Assembly (NCBI RefSeq): GCF_030028105.1 | Contig: NC_092378.1 | Coordinates: 107,497,731-107,561,730 of the forward strand | Direction of reading: 5' to 3' | Source of the DNA: Mobula birostris | Lineage: Eukaryota | DNA length: 64,000 bases | The notes under the pieces: model-generated | What the model was told of the DNA's origin: nothing | Seen by the model: the letters and a program-made list of their open reading frames with translations, nothing else | The model's database searches: none | Part shown: positions 23,031-36,489 of the stretch, one piece after another | Layout of the letters: every line of letters begins with the position of its first letter | How positions within the stretch are numbered: position 1 is the stretch's first letter | Translations under genes and position numbers: made by a program

Positions 23031-23949
23031 CAGCATCTCTGGAAAAGACTGATGACAGAGTCCTGATGAAGGGTCTCGACCCAAAATGTCGACTGCTTAC
23101 TCTTTTCCACAGATGCTGCCTGGCCTGCTGAGTGTTGTGTGTTGCTTTGGAATTCTGGAGATCTGGAGATTTTCTTGTGTTTGTGATTCTTCTGGAGACA
23201 CTCTTGCAAGAATCTCACAAAAACGTAAGTATGTACATCACATTTAAACAGTTGGGTGAGTATGTACAATAAGCTATGACACATGGCTTCAGAATTAGAG
23301 TATATGTAAGGGTGTAGCAATACTTAAGTTACCTAGAAACCATAATATGTAGAGCTTGCTGGCAAGGTGTAATGGCATTTGCATAACATAGAGCAGAGTG
23401 TAAGAGTAGTGGTGAGGCAGCCAGAAAATAACTTAAAACATTTTCTTAGCATTGTCCTTGTGCCTTTTGGTGCTGCTTTTGAGTTAACATTTATCCCACC
23501 AGTGTTCACAATGAACTTTACAATTTCCTGGATCCTTATTCTTTTAGGACCTTTCTCTATCTCTCCACACCATCCTTTGTTATCTGCAGCTGTTATGTTA
23601 CACCATGGGCCCTACCAACCTTCCTACAAATTTGAAATGACTGCTGATAATAATTAGAGGCCATAACCACTTCCCCAAAAAGATGAATCATCATGACCTT
23701 AATCTGAGCCAATGATGTCCACCCAGTGGTATTGCACCCTATGGATATGATCCAATGCAGCGAACAATAGAGTCATTGACTAGACACTTCCATCACAGAA
23801 GTGAGGTGGATCACAAATCTGAGACTCAAGAGACTACAGATGCTAGAATCTGCACAAAAGAACTGAGCTGCAGGTGAAACACAATGGGTTAAGCAGTGTT
23901 TGAAGACGGAAATAAACAGTCAACATTTTTGTCAAGACCATCATAAAGA

Positions 23950-24440
23950 ATTGAATTGAATTGACTTTATTGCTTACATCCTTCATGTACATGAGGAATA
24001 AATATCTTTACGTTACGTCTCCATCTAAATGTGCAATTTATAGTAATTTATAATATATAATATGTACAAAAGACAGTCAATATAACATAAAAATACAATT
24101 GCATCAGCAGGAATTAATCAGTCCGATATCCTGGTGGAGAAAGCTGTCCTGGTGCCTGTTGGTCCAGGCTTTTGTATTGCGGTATCATTTCCCAGATGGC
24201 AGCAGCTGCAGCAGTTTGTGGTTGGGGTGGCTTGGGTCCCCAATGATCCTTTGGACCTGTTTTACACACTTGTCTCACTTGTCTTTGTAAATGTCCTGAA
24301 TAGTGGGAACTTCACATTAATAGATGTGCTGGGATGTCCGCACCACTCTCTGCAGAGTCCTGCATTTGAGGGAGGTACAGTTCCCATACCAGACAGTGAT
24401 GCAGCCAGTCAGGGTACTCTCATTTGTGCCCCTGTAGAAG
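23950..24440 (-). mobile_element. Rex1/Babar LINE 3' fragment
   Basis: (aattg)n tail and Rex-type body; absent at the paralogous site ~62335. Confidence 0.7.
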
Positions 24441-24499
24441 GCTTTGGCCAAAGGTTTTGGGTTCAGAAAGGTTTGGTTTATGAGAGACAGGGTGTCAGC

Positions 24500-27260
24500 T
24501 GCATCAGAGTGTTAAGATAAAGCCAGATGTATGAGTATTACATAGAACATAGAACATAGAATAGTACAGCACATTACAGGCCCTTTAGCCCACAATGTTG
24601 TGCCAACCCTCAAACCCTGCCTCTCATATAACTCCCCACCTTAAGTTCCTCCATATACCTGTCCAGTAGTCTCTTAAACTTCACGAGTGTATCTACCTCC
24701 ACCATTGACTCAGGCAGTGCATTCCATGCACCAACCACTCTCTGAGTAAAAAACCTTCCTCTAAAATCCCCCTTGAACTTCCCACCCCTTACCTTAAAGC
24801 CATGTCCTCTTGTATTGAGCCGGGGTGCCCTGGGGAAGAGGCGCTGGCTATCCAATCTATCTATTCCTCTTATTATCTTGTACACCTCTATCATGCCTCC
24901 TCTCATCCTCCTTCTCTCCAAAGAGTAAAGCCCTAGCTCCCTTAATCTCTGACCATAATGCATACTCTCTAAACCAGGCAGCATCCTGGTAGATCTCCTC
25001 TGTACACTTTCCAGTGCTTCCACATCCTTCCTATAGTGAGGCGACCAGAACTGGACACAGTACTCTAAGTGTGGCCTAACCAAAGTTTTATAGAGCTGCA
25101 TCATTACATCACGACTCTTAAACTCTATCCCTCGACTTATGAAAGCTAACACCCCATAAGCTTTCTTAACTACCCTATCTACCTGTGAGGCAACTTTTAG
25201 GGACCTGTGGACATGTACCCCTAAATCCCTCTGCTCCTCCACACTACCAAGTATCCTGCCATTTACTTTGTACTCTGCCTTGGAGTTTGTCCTTCCAAAG
25301 TGTACAACCTCACACTTCTCCGGGTTGAACTCCATCTGCCACTTCTCAGCCCACTTCTGCATCCTATCAATGTCTCTCCGCAATCTTTGACAATCCTCTA
25401 CACTATCTACACCACCAACCTTTGTGTTGTCTGCAAACTTGCCAACCCACCCTTCTACCCCCACATCCAGGTCGTTAATAAAAATCACGAAAAGTAGAGG
25501 TCCCAGAACCGATCCTTGTGGGACACCACTAGTCACAATCCTCCAATCTGAATGTACTCCCTTCACCATGATCCTCTGCCTTCAGCAGGCAAGCCAAATC
25601 TGAATCCACCTGGCCAAACTTCCCTGGATCCCATGCCTTCTGACTTTCTGAATAAGCCTACCATGTGGAACCTTGTCAAATGCCTTACTAAAATCCATAT
25701 AGATCACATCCACTGCACTACCCTCATCTATAATTACAGTAGAGTAAAGGAAATTACAGAGACATGAGAGAGGAGCTGGCCAAAGTAGGACACTAGTAGG
25801 GATGATCGCAGAACAGCAATGGCTAGAGATTGGTGGTGGCAACTCAAAAGGTACAGGATAGGTACATCCCAAAGACGAAGAGTATTCTAAAGGGAGGATG
25901 ATGCCGTCGTGACTGACAACAGGAGTCAAACTCATCTTGAGGAATAGAGAGAACAAATAATATTTCAAAAATTAATGGGAAGTTAGAGAATTGGGAAGCT
26001 TTTTAAAACCAATGGAAGGCAGCTAAAAAAGCCATCAGTAGAGAAAAGATGAAATATGAAGGTAAGCTAGCCAATAATACAAAAAGGGTTACCAAAAGTT
26101 TTTTTCAGATATGTGAAGAGTAAAAGAGAGGTGAAAGCAGATATCAGATTGCTGGAAAATTATGCTGAAGAGGTGGTAATAGGGGGCAGAAGAACTGAGT
26201 AAGAATTTAGCACCATTCTTAACTGTGGAAGATATTATTAGTATGTCAGAAATGTGTGTGTCAGAGGGAGAGTGAGTGTAGTTGCTATTACTCAGGAGAA
26301 GGTGCTTGGGAATCTGAAACTCCTGAAGGTAAGTAAGTCACCCAGGCCAGATGGACTCTCCTCAGGTTCTCAGTGAGGTAGCTGAAGAGATTGTGGAGTC
26401 ATTAGTAATGATCTTTCATGAATCAATAGATTCTGGAATGGTTCTGGAGGACAGGAATATTGTCAGTGATACTCCACTCTTTTAAAGTGAGGGGGCAGAA
26501 GAAAGCAAATTATAAGCCAATTAGCCTGACCTCAGTGGTTGGGAAGATGTAGGAGTCCATAATTAAGACTGAGGTTTCGTGGTACTTGGAGGTACGTCGT
26601 AAAATAAGCCAAAGTCAGTATAGTTTCCTTCAAGGGAAATCTTGCCTGGTAAATTTGTTGGAATTCCTTGAGGGCAAGATGGATAAAGGTGAGTCAGTTG
26701 ATGTTGTTTATTTGGATTTTCAGAAGGCCTTTGACAAGGTGCCACACATGAGGCTGATTTAGAGCATAAGAGCCCATGGTACTACAGATAAAAATACTAG
26801 CATTGATGGAAGATTGACTGACTAGCAGGAGGCAAAGAGTGGGAATAAAGAGGGCCTTTTTTGGGCTGGCTGCCTGTGACTACAGGAAAGATATTGGTAT
26901 CAATAGAAGATTGATTGACAAGCAGGAGAAAAAGAGTAGGAATAAAGAGGACCTGTTTTGGTTGGCAGCTAGTTTCTAGTGATGTTCTGTAGGGGTCGGG
27001 GTGGGGAAGGCTTCTTTTCATGTTGCAGATGATATAAAGATAGGTGAAGAGGTAGGTGGCGTGACAACTTATATATATTGGGAAAATGGATAAAGAAGTG
27101 GCAGATGGAATATAGTGTCGGGAGATGATTGGCCATGCACCTTGGTAGAAAGAATAAAAGTGTAGACTATTTTCCATACAGGGCAATAATTCAGATTTGC
27201 AGAATGTGCAGAGGGACATGATAGTGCAAGGGAGGACAATGTCAGAATTACAAAGGAAGT
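24500..27260 (+). mobile_element. Old CR1 LINE (host of the younger CR1 insert); paralogue 62400-64000
   Basis: Degraded ORF2 (gatgttgtttatttggattttcagaaggcctttgacaagg); aligns to 62400-64000. Confidence 0.7.
24543..25732 (-). mobile_element. Young 5'-truncated CR1 LINE with 6-bp TSD
   Basis: 319-aa RT/C-terminal ORF 24610..25569; (ttctatg)n tail; TSD attaca 24537-24542 / 25733-25738; empty site at ~62435. Confidence 0.92.
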
Positions 27261-27349
27261 GCTCTGCAGATGGACAATAAGCTTCAAGTCTATAATGAGG
27301 TAGTTTGTGAGGTTGACCATTAACTGCATGATACAAGTGGACTATTTCA

Positions 27350-27880
27350 TAGTTCAAAGTTCAAAGTAAATTTATTATGAAAGTACAAATATGTCACCAG
27401 AAATAATCCTGAGATTCATTTTCTTGCGGCACGCTCAACAAATCCAAGAATCATAATAGAATCAGTGAATCACCACACTCAACAGGGAGGACAAACAACA
27501 CATGAGTAAAAGACAATGAGCTGTGCCAATACAAAGGAGAAAAAAACAATAAGTACTGAGTACAGGAGATGAAGATTCCTTGAAAGTGAGTCCAAAGCTT
27601 GTGGAAAAAGTTTAGTGATGGGGCAAGGCAAGTTGGATGAAATTATTTCCATTAGTTCAAGAGACTGATGGTTGAAATAATAACTGTTCCTGAACCTGGA
27701 GGAGTGAGTCCTGAGACTCTGTACCTTCTTCCTGAAAGCAGCAGTGAGAAGAGAGCATGATTTGGGTGGAGTGGAGTCTCTGATGATGGATGTAACTTTC
27801 CTGCAACAGTGTTCCATGTAGATGTGTTGAATGGAAGGAAGGACTTTCCCCATGATGGACTGGGCCGCATTCATCATTGT
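27350..27880 (-). mobile_element. Rex1/Babar LINE 3' fragment
   Basis: MNAAQSIMGKVLPSI...RFRNSY; (tttgaac)n tail. Confidence 0.7.
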
Positions 27881-28725
27881 TCTTATAGTCTTTTATATTC
27901 TTATAACAAATGGAATAGTAACTATCCTTGATCCTAATGGTACCTGCTTTCAGGCTTTTGATTCTCCTGTTTGACAGGAGAGGAGATAAGAGAGAACGTT
28001 AAGGCAAAAGCAGTTGAAGATTTTTTTTAAAATCACATTTAGTGTAAACCCAGACTTCATTCAATGTTGAAATACTTAATTCTATCAATTCCTGGCTATG
28101 GCTGGAACATTTATTTACAAAGTGCAAATGTTCATCGCCAGCTCCCACAAAACACATCACATCCATCCTTCACATTCAACTCTAAGTTCTGGGAATAGAG
28201 AGGTTGTAATTGTGGTTCTTTCTCCATGGGTCACCCTTTCCTGATTTACTCACAATTCTGAGGCAGTGCAGGGTCTTTTGCTGGCTACAGTCTGATTTAC
28301 ATCATGCTCACAGGCAGTGTGTCCAGATGACCCACTATCAGTACTTGCCCTCTGTTCCCACCCAGCAGTCATTTCTGGCACCAGAGAACAAGCAAGTGCA
28401 TCCTTTCCTGGTTCTGAAATCAATTTTAAAAAGCTTAGCTTTATTTGTCACATACACATTGAAACATTCAGTGAAATGCCTCATTCACGTCAAGTCAAAT
28501 CAAATCAGCAAGGATTATGCTGAGCGGCCCACAAGGATCACCAAGGTTCTGGTACCAACATCGCATGCCCACAATTGACTAGCCCTAATGCATAGGTTTG
28601 GAATGAGGGAGGAAGTTAGAACTCCAGGAGGAAATGCACACAGACTGGAGGAGAATGCACAAGCATCTTGCAGACAGCGAGGGGGAATCAAATCCAAATC
28701 TTACAGCCGGGCATGTAAAGTGATG

Positions 28726-29668
28726 GGATTTGTGAGGGGATCCTGCAGTGCCCCTATTAACTGTTTGAAGAGAGACAGAGAGAGACATTCATCACTGATG
28801 GTTAGTTTGGAAAGGAGAGAGAGACGAAGATTAACAGTGGACTGTCACTTTAAGGCATTAGAAGTAAGTTTGGATTTCTACTGAATTTGGAGATGGAGAC
28901 AGCACCGAGCAGCTCGAAGGTTGCTATGGTGACCAAAGGCAGATTGTTGATGTTACTTTCAAGGACTTGTTACCTGCTTGCACTCCTTTACAGACAAAGG
29001 AGGGAGGGACTCTTTGAATGACGGGTGATGCTCAGCCTGGTGAGATAAATGGGAAGTCGGATGATACAGACCTCAGGCACATGATCTGGGCACTGAATGA
29101 GGATTGTTGTGCCCGCAGAGAAAGTGGGTTTTGGAGGATCGATCAGGCGGATCAATCCAAATTGCTATTCCAGCACTGAAGAAGGGGTTGACTGGTGGGG
29201 AGTTGTCTATGTGTCCACCCTCGCCTGGGTGATAGTTCCACCACAGAAGACCGGTCCCCCTGGTTAATGTCACAGTTGGTGACTTGTAAAGGATTTCGGA
29301 GGAAGACGAGAAGATCAATGGCATCAGCTCACCTGAAGACTCAACTCTCCCTCTCTCTCTCTCTCTCTCTCCATCACTACTCAACTCAAAACCACAAACT
29401 GAACTGAACTGAACTTTACTCAACATCGTAAGACTGTATCTTTTTACCCCTAGACATAAAGAAGCTTGGTTTTTTCATACATATGTATATTCCACACTTA
29501 CTGATTTACTTACTTATATATAATCATTGCTAACCTGTTTGATTTATTTACATTTATATTACTGTATTGTGTAGTCACTAATAAATATTATTAGTTTATA
29601 GCAATACGAGACTCCAAAGTGTTTTCCATCTCTGCTGGTTCTTTATCCCCGTCACGGGGTACGTGACA
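28726..29668 (+). mobile_element. LTR-like element (5' end unclear) inserted in a minus-strand SINE relic (~28430-29695)
   Basis: AATAAA ~29580; ends ...ccccgtcacggggtacgtgaCA; internal (CT)n and (AACTG)n; SINE-like sequence resumes after 29668. Confidence 0.55.
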
Positions 29669-30965
29669 CATTAAATGCTAAGCCTCTGTGCCATTACATT
29701 TCTATAGTATATTAAAAATTGTCTTAAAACCAAAGCGCATCTTTCAGCATATGAACCACTGGCTTAATCACATGGAACTCTGAAATCAGGAGCTTGTGAG
29801 CTGTGACAATGTGCAGTGATATCCATTAATGTAGATGTTGGTGGTTTCTGTGACAGAGTGCATCTTTGCTTTGCTACAGCTGGTGATCTGGAAATAAACA
29901 CTTAATTTGTTTTCACTTTATATCCGATGAGGCCACAGTGAATGGCAATGTTCATAAGATAGGTTTCATCTCTCTGTAGATTAGAAAATCAGATTGTGAA
30001 GGGTGACCAGTGGAGGAAAGAACCACAAATGCATCTCCTCCATTCCTAGAACTTACAGCTGAATTTAATGGATGGATGTGTTAAATGGAAGCTAGAGCTG
30101 AACTCCCACATTTTGAACATAAGTGTACCAGCTTTGCTCCACCTCCACATCACACCCTGTTGCAGCAACAGATGAACATTTCTAATTTTGATGAAATATT
30201 TTTGATAATTCAGACAGCCCTCTGTTCACTTTCAACATAAGTGACGTTTCCAGCAATGAAACTTGACAGTGTTTTACAATGATCTGCAAATATCTGGTCT
30301 GAGTGTGAAAGACCACAACCAAAGCTATTGTGGACACTTTCCTTATTTTAAAGTAGACAGTTGTTGGATTTTCATTCTCTGCACCTGTTGTTTTAAACTA
30401 AAAATTGTATTAATTTATTCTATTCTGTATGCTATAATATATTTTCTAAACAAAAGTGTGGGTACTATCCCGGTCATCAAATCTCTTTTAAAAATGGCCC
30501 ACTGATGAATAATTAAATCATTGCTCTGTATAGAGAATCTTTTTATAATTCATCCCAAATATGTGGTACTTTGGTACAAAAATGGTCTAAGATGTGATGG
30601 TGATGGGAGAATGGGGAGGTGTTAATGGATTGTGTGGGAGGATGACTACAGAAAATCTAAGAGCTTTGGAATTACTCTGAGGACTGACAGTGTGTCATTG
30701 GGCTGATAACTTGTTATGAAACGTGAGATAAAAGTGAGAATTTGGCTGCTACTTTTCCCCAAAGTACATCAGTTAGTTTATTTCTAAATTAGTTCAGCAG
30801 ATGAGAAATGTTTTGACCTGTCCTGGGACAGTGAAAGGTCGAACAGCACAATGTCTGCTTTTTAACAACAAACCATTGTTCATCTCAACATTGACCAAGT
30901 CAAAGATCTTTTAATTTTATTCCCTAGAGATGAAGAATTTACTTCTGTGAGAGAAATGTTGTTTC

Positions 30966-30971
30966 TTTATT
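30966..30971 (-). promoter_or_regulatory. Candidate polyA signal of beta-globin (second candidate 30916-30921)
   Basis: AATAAA on minus strand ~210 nt after the stop codon. Confidence 0.55.
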
Positions 30972-31177
30972 GTAGCAAAGAGAATGCTTACAGATATTTT
31001 TTCAACTTTTGAATAAAATGACCATACAAGGAGGAGTATTGTGCCACCTTTACATTAACATGACTTGAACCTGATGTTACACAATTTCTTTAAGCAAACA
31101 ATGCATTGTAGATGCTGATAATACAGGTTTTCATTGCATTTCTGAAGGTGGTTATAACCCTAATGCAGGTTATAGAT

Positions 31178-32437
31178 TTAATGGTAGTTGCTGGAGAGAG
31201 CTTCTGTCACCAGTTTAAAAAACTTGTAGACAGCTTCATGTTCCTCTGGTCTGAATGCCTTTTTATCATGAAGAGCGAGTTCAACAATGAAGGCCTGGCT
31301 GAGAAGCTGTGAAGAAAAACAATAATTATACAACACTGAAACAAACCTGGAAAGCAAAACTCAAGCCTCCAAAGACTTCATACAGAATTGCCCAGAAGGA
31401 GTCCATTTTGAACTCTGGGTCGATGTCAGTTCCCAGTGTTGCAAATACGTTGGGCCCCACCTTTTTCCTTGTACCCCGACATCATATCCCTATTTCATGT
31501 GCCCATCAAAGCCTTTTTGACTCTTTTTGACAAACAGTAGCTAATTAACTAGAAGCACAGCAAACTGGAGCAAACTCTCTACAGACAACACCCAATGTCA
31601 GGATAATTTCAGAGTCCCTGGAGCAGTGAAGTCAAAAACAATCCTTCATCTGTTAGATGTTGAATAAAGGGAAATTGAAATCAACTTCTCAGGAAAATTT
31701 CAAAAGGTCTGCCTCTTGCACAGTGAGCAGATGTGCTCTTTTTGCCTGCAGTTTAGTCCATGATGCTTGGTTGTCATGTTTGTTATGACTCTGTAAATGA
31801 GAAATATCTATAGCACTCCATTTATGAAAATTTGCACATCCTAGAAAGATTGGTGTTTACCTTGAAATTTTGAGTGTCTACTCCGATTGTTTGATGTTTA
31901 CTGCTGAGATCATGGAAATTGGTTTCAATACTCTTCAAATCCTCAATTGCAGTGTTCAGAGCCTTTAGCACTTTGTCTGCATGAGCCTGAACACCAGGGT
32001 CACCGACTGCAAAACGGCCATTGAAACTCTTAAACAGTCTGGTCGTCCAGGGATAGACCGCGAATACCCTAGTAAGAAAAAAACAAATTGCCTAGTTTCT
32101 GTTGTGATAACTTGGAATTAATTAATTGCTCAAAGTTCATGATTTAGGACCTTTTTATCAAATAAAGAGTTGATTTTCTGTGGGTTTAACTAGAACCTCA
32201 GTGCAGTGTTGAATACTAATTCCCTCACCCAATGACAACATCTAGGCAAGCATAGCAAATTAAAGAGCCTTCACTGGAACCATAGTTGAAAATACAGTGC
32301 ATGATTTAAACATAAAACAGAAAATACATTTTCAACATACAGTACCTTGCCAAGGCTTGGGCAGTTATTGCTTTCTTATCCAAATGGTCCCATTTGTTCA
32401 TGATGTATTGTTCCTGAGCCTTTGTTAATTTCACCAT
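31178..32437 (-). CDS. hbb: Haemoglobin beta chain; complement(join(31178..31306,31861..32068,32346..32437)), 142 aa
   Basis: Spliced translation [147 protein letters not shown] motif, C-terminal YH, exons 92/208/129 nt, GT-AG introns. Confidence 0.97.
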
Positions 32438-32507
32438 TTTGGCTGTTGAGCTCTCACTGTCACTGCTCACGCAAGAAAGCTGTGTTGATCTGGAGTTTTG
32501 CCTTCAC

Positions 32508-32514
32508 TTTTATA
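32508..32514 (-). promoter_or_regulatory. Beta-globin TATA box
   Basis: TATAAAA on minus strand ~70 nt upstream of the ATG. Confidence 0.75.
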
Positions 32515-33209
32515 GGCTCTGAAATGGCTCATCTCAGGCTAAATCGTTACTGTAACAGGCTGATTACTTGATGGGTTGGGCACACTTTCCAAACGTGGGC
32601 TGCAACCCTTCTGTGTTTGTGTGTTAACACTTGCTGAACAATTGCTTGTCTGAGCCTCACTTCTGCCCATCCAACACGAAGAATAATTCTCCAATTTTGT
32701 CAAATATTAATTCAATACATTCATTTTCAAACTGTAGAACTCTCTCCTTGTTAATTGAAGTTCAGCTTTTACACTTTTTCATTAAATAATACTATTTTTC
32801 AAAAATTAATACATTTCTGATGTTGAAATTAAATCCATGACTATTATAATATAGCTTCACTAATGTTCTCATCTGTAAAGATATGGGATTGTAGCAATGG
32901 AAAACTTATGACAAACTTACATCAGTAAATTGAGACAAGACTATTTTGAAATACTGAGCTACAGCAATAATGTGCACTTCATGGTCCCTGGGGTCTTTCT
33001 GACTGATGACTCTGCTATCAAAGTTCACTGGGTAACTAATAGCAATTTGCATCGTCTGTGGGTAGTTTTATGAATTTGGTAAATGGACACATATGGACAA
33101 AGCTCTATTTCTGTTTTGCGTGTCTATTGAATAGAGAACCAGCCATGAGCATTCACAAATTGCTGTAGGTGAAGTGTAAACATGAAAAGACCAATGAGGG
33201 AAAATGTGG

Positions 33210-34095
33210 GTTCACTACGAACAAAGATCGGAGACTTTATAATAGGAAATAATAAAATGGCAGAGGAACTAAACCAATATCTCCTGTCTGCTTGTGTATT
33301 GGATTTTCAATAGGCTTTCAATAAGGTTGTGTTCAGAAGATAAACAAGGACAGCTCACATAGAATTTGGGGGTCACTGTGTCCATTGAGAGTTGTTTAAC
33401 AAATGGAAAGCAGAGTAGAGAAACAGACCCCTCATGGATAGTCAGGCTGCAGCTAATGGGGTCCATCAGGAATCAGTGCTTGGACCCCAAACATTTACAA
33501 TGTCTGTTAACAGTTTATCTGAGAAGACCTGCTGTAACATTTCCAGATTTGCTGATGATAGAGAACTAATTGGGAATTTTCTGTTCAGACAGAACTAGAG
33601 TATGATATTCAATTCTGGTCACTCATCATTGGAAGGATGTGGAGGCCATGGGGAATGTTCAGAAGAGGTTTACCAGTGTGCTGGCTGGATTGGAGGGAAT
33701 GTGGTATAAGGACAGTGGACAGATGAGAGATGTTTTCACTGGAATGGAAGAGGGGTAACCTGACAGAACTTTATAAAGTTATGAGAGGTTTCGATCGACT
33801 GGACAGCCAGTGTCTTATTGCCCAGGGTTCAAATGTCTACCACTGGAGGGCTGCATTTATCGTAAGACGGGGAAGTTCAATAGGTTTTTTTTAACGGAGC
33901 GGTGAGTGTCGTTGCTGTGTTACCATGAGTGGTAGAAGAGGTAGATACGATAGAAGTGTTGAAGAGGCTCCCTGAAAGACACATAAAGTGTACAGGGAAT
34001 GAGGGATATGGATCACATGCAGGTAGAATGGATTAGATGTTGCTAGCTTAATTAGTTTGACTGAAGGGCCTTTTCCTGTCCTGTGTTGTTCTAGG
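33210..34095 (+). mobile_element. Highly degraded CR1 LINE
   Basis: gtgtattggattttcaataggctttcaataagg; aggaatcagtgcttggacc; gatttgctgatga; CR1-type 3' end. Confidence 0.6.
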
Positions 34096-34959
34096 TTCCA
34101 AAACCTTGGCGAAATAACAGAAATGCTATTGTACAAAATTTGATCTTTGCTTTCTAAAAAAGACATACTAGATCTTAAGGTGAGCGCAAAGTTTCAAAGG
34201 ACGGGTCAGAATATCAGATGTGGATGAAAAGCGCAGGTATAGATATAGCCACAAGTACAGCCTGAGCTGTTGAGTAATTCCAGCATTCTGTTTATGAGGT
34301 TTCCAGCATTTGCAAGTGGTTTTGATTGTCAGATGTGAGGGTGCTCACCACTGATAGCACAATGTTCAAATACATTTTCTACTCAGTAAATGAAGTAGCC
34401 CATGCCTTGATACAACAATCCTCATAAAACATTCTACTGTAAGTAGCCGGTATTATTCACATCAGGAAAGTACCAGGTAACAACGATCTCCAACAAGATG
34501 TCATGCAGACATTGGTCCTTGTGTTCAAGAGCATTCTTATCATTGAGTCCCACCATCAACATCCTGGGCATCTCCACTGACCAGGTTCCAAATTTGATCA
34601 GATACAGAACTACTCTGGGTGCGTGAACGGGGCAGACACTGGCTATGCAATAGCAAGAGACTCACTAATACCATGGTAAAAACTTTCCGACTTTCACCAA
34701 AGGTACAATTCTGCGTATGATAGAATACACCCCACTTGTCTGAATGAGGACGGCCCCATCAGCACAGAAGAAGCTGCTCACCACCATCCACACTTACACA
34801 CCAGCTTGCTTGAATGTTCCTCCATCAGCCATCCATGCACCCTGTCCTCTCCAGCCACTGCAGCAGTCGTTGCACAAATCTGTCCACAACCCCAGCTTCA
34901 GCTGCTCTGCTTCTGTATTGTCCCTTTAAGAGACAAAACACAAGGGATCTATTGCTAAA

Positions 34960-35930
34960 TTGATAAATCAGTTTGCTATTGTCACATGTACTAAGATAGT
35001 CTGAAGCAATAACAGAATGCAGAATGAAGTGTTACTTTTACCAAGAAGATGCAGCGCAAGTTGACAATAAGTTTCAAGGCCACAATGAGGTAGATTGTGC
35101 AGTCGAGAGATCATCTCACTATGGTAATATTCAATACCCTTAGAACTGTGGGGTAGAAGCTGTCCTTGAGCCTACTTGTATGTGCTTACAAGCATTTGTA
35201 TTGTCTACTCTGTGGGAGGATGAAGAAGAGAGCATGTCTGGGGTGAGTGGGGTCCTTAATTATGTTGATTTCTTTAGCAAGGTGGCAAAAAATGTCGGTA
35301 GACTCCATGGAGAGGACACTGGTTTTTGTTCTGTGCTAAATTTTGGTCACAACTCTGTATTTTCTGTTGATTATTGGGAGAATAGTTGCCACACCAACCT
35401 GTGATGCATCTGGATAGGATGCATTCTATGTTCTATCAATAAAAACTAGTGACAGTCGGATGGGACATGCCAGATTTCTGTAGCCTCGAAAAGAAACTGA
35501 GATTTCTTGGCCATGATGGAACTAGGAGCCTGTTGGTGATATTCACTCCTGGGAACTTGAAGCTCTCAACCTACTTGATCTCAACACTGTTGATGTAATC
35601 AGGTGTGTGTGCACCACCCACCCTCGTGAAGTCAATCACCAGCTCTTTTGTTTCACTGACACTGAGGGAAAGAGTGTTGTCATGACAGAATGTTATTAGA
35701 CTCGTACTTTACTCAGCTTATTGTTACTTGAGATTCGGCTCACTGTGGTGATATCATTTGTAATGATGGAGTTCGAGCAGAGCCTGACCACACAGTTGTG
35801 AGCGTACAGAGAGTAGAGTAGGGTATTGCTGATGAAGCCTTGTGGGGCACCAGTGTTGAGAATAAGGATGATGGAGGTAATGCTACCTACCCTTACTGAG
35901 TGTGCTCTGTTGGTTAGGAAGCCAGGTTGT
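34960..35930 (-). mobile_element. Degraded Rex1/Babar LINE
   Basis: ILNTGAPQGFIS..LLYSLYAHNCV in ORF 35696. Confidence 0.7.
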
Positions 35931-36257
35931 GAGCTGAAGACAGAGTAGTACTGTGAGATTGATGGACCTCTGTTCATGTGCTCATTCTGAAGCTGAAACA
36001 GCATGTTACAACTCTAGAGAGTCACCAGCACGATTTACAGTGGGACACATTACATACTGAGTCTATGACTACTTGATTTAAATAACACTAGAGAGATATA
36101 GATTACTAGTTTTGCACATGAAAATGCAGGAAAGAAATTTCTCAGAGTTGTTTCATTGTAAGTCTGAGGCTTTGCTTGGAGACACTTCAGTGAGGAAGTT
36201 GAACAAGGGTCAGGTAAGATGGAAGTGAGATCTTTTCCATCCCTCCATAATCTTAGT

Positions 36258-36477
36258 AGCTGGCTGGTGGCATAGTGGTATCAGCGTCGGACTTCGGAGC
36301 AAAGGCTCCCGAGTTCGAACCCAGCCAGCTCCCCAGAAGCGCTTTCCATCCGTGCTGGGTTGAGCGTCGTTAGCAACTCATAAAAAGGAAATTGCCTGCT
36401 ACAGAAACATCAACAGCAAAAGGCTGATGACCTATGCTCTCTTGTGAGTTTAAAAGACAATTTCCTTTTCCTTCTAG
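36258..36477 (+). mobile_element. tRNA-derived SINE with 7-bp TSD
   Basis: A box TGGCATAGTGG, B box GAGTTCGAACC; TSD tcttagt at 36251-36257 and 36478-36484; tttcct-repeat tail. Confidence 0.75.
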
Positions 36478-36489
36478 TCTTAGTGATTC

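Noticed and set aside
24610-25569. Longest ORF (319 aa) as a host gene
   Set aside because: It is the CR1 RT C-terminal half within a TSD-flanked, 5'-truncated insertion
29700-31100. 3' beta-globin enhancer in the TE-poor region
   Set aside because: Only scattered GATA motifs (~30704, ~30725) and no paralogue in the window to test conservation
36258-36332. Functional tRNA gene
   Set aside because: Anticodon and T stems do not pair canonically; followed by a SINE body and tail and flanked by a TSD
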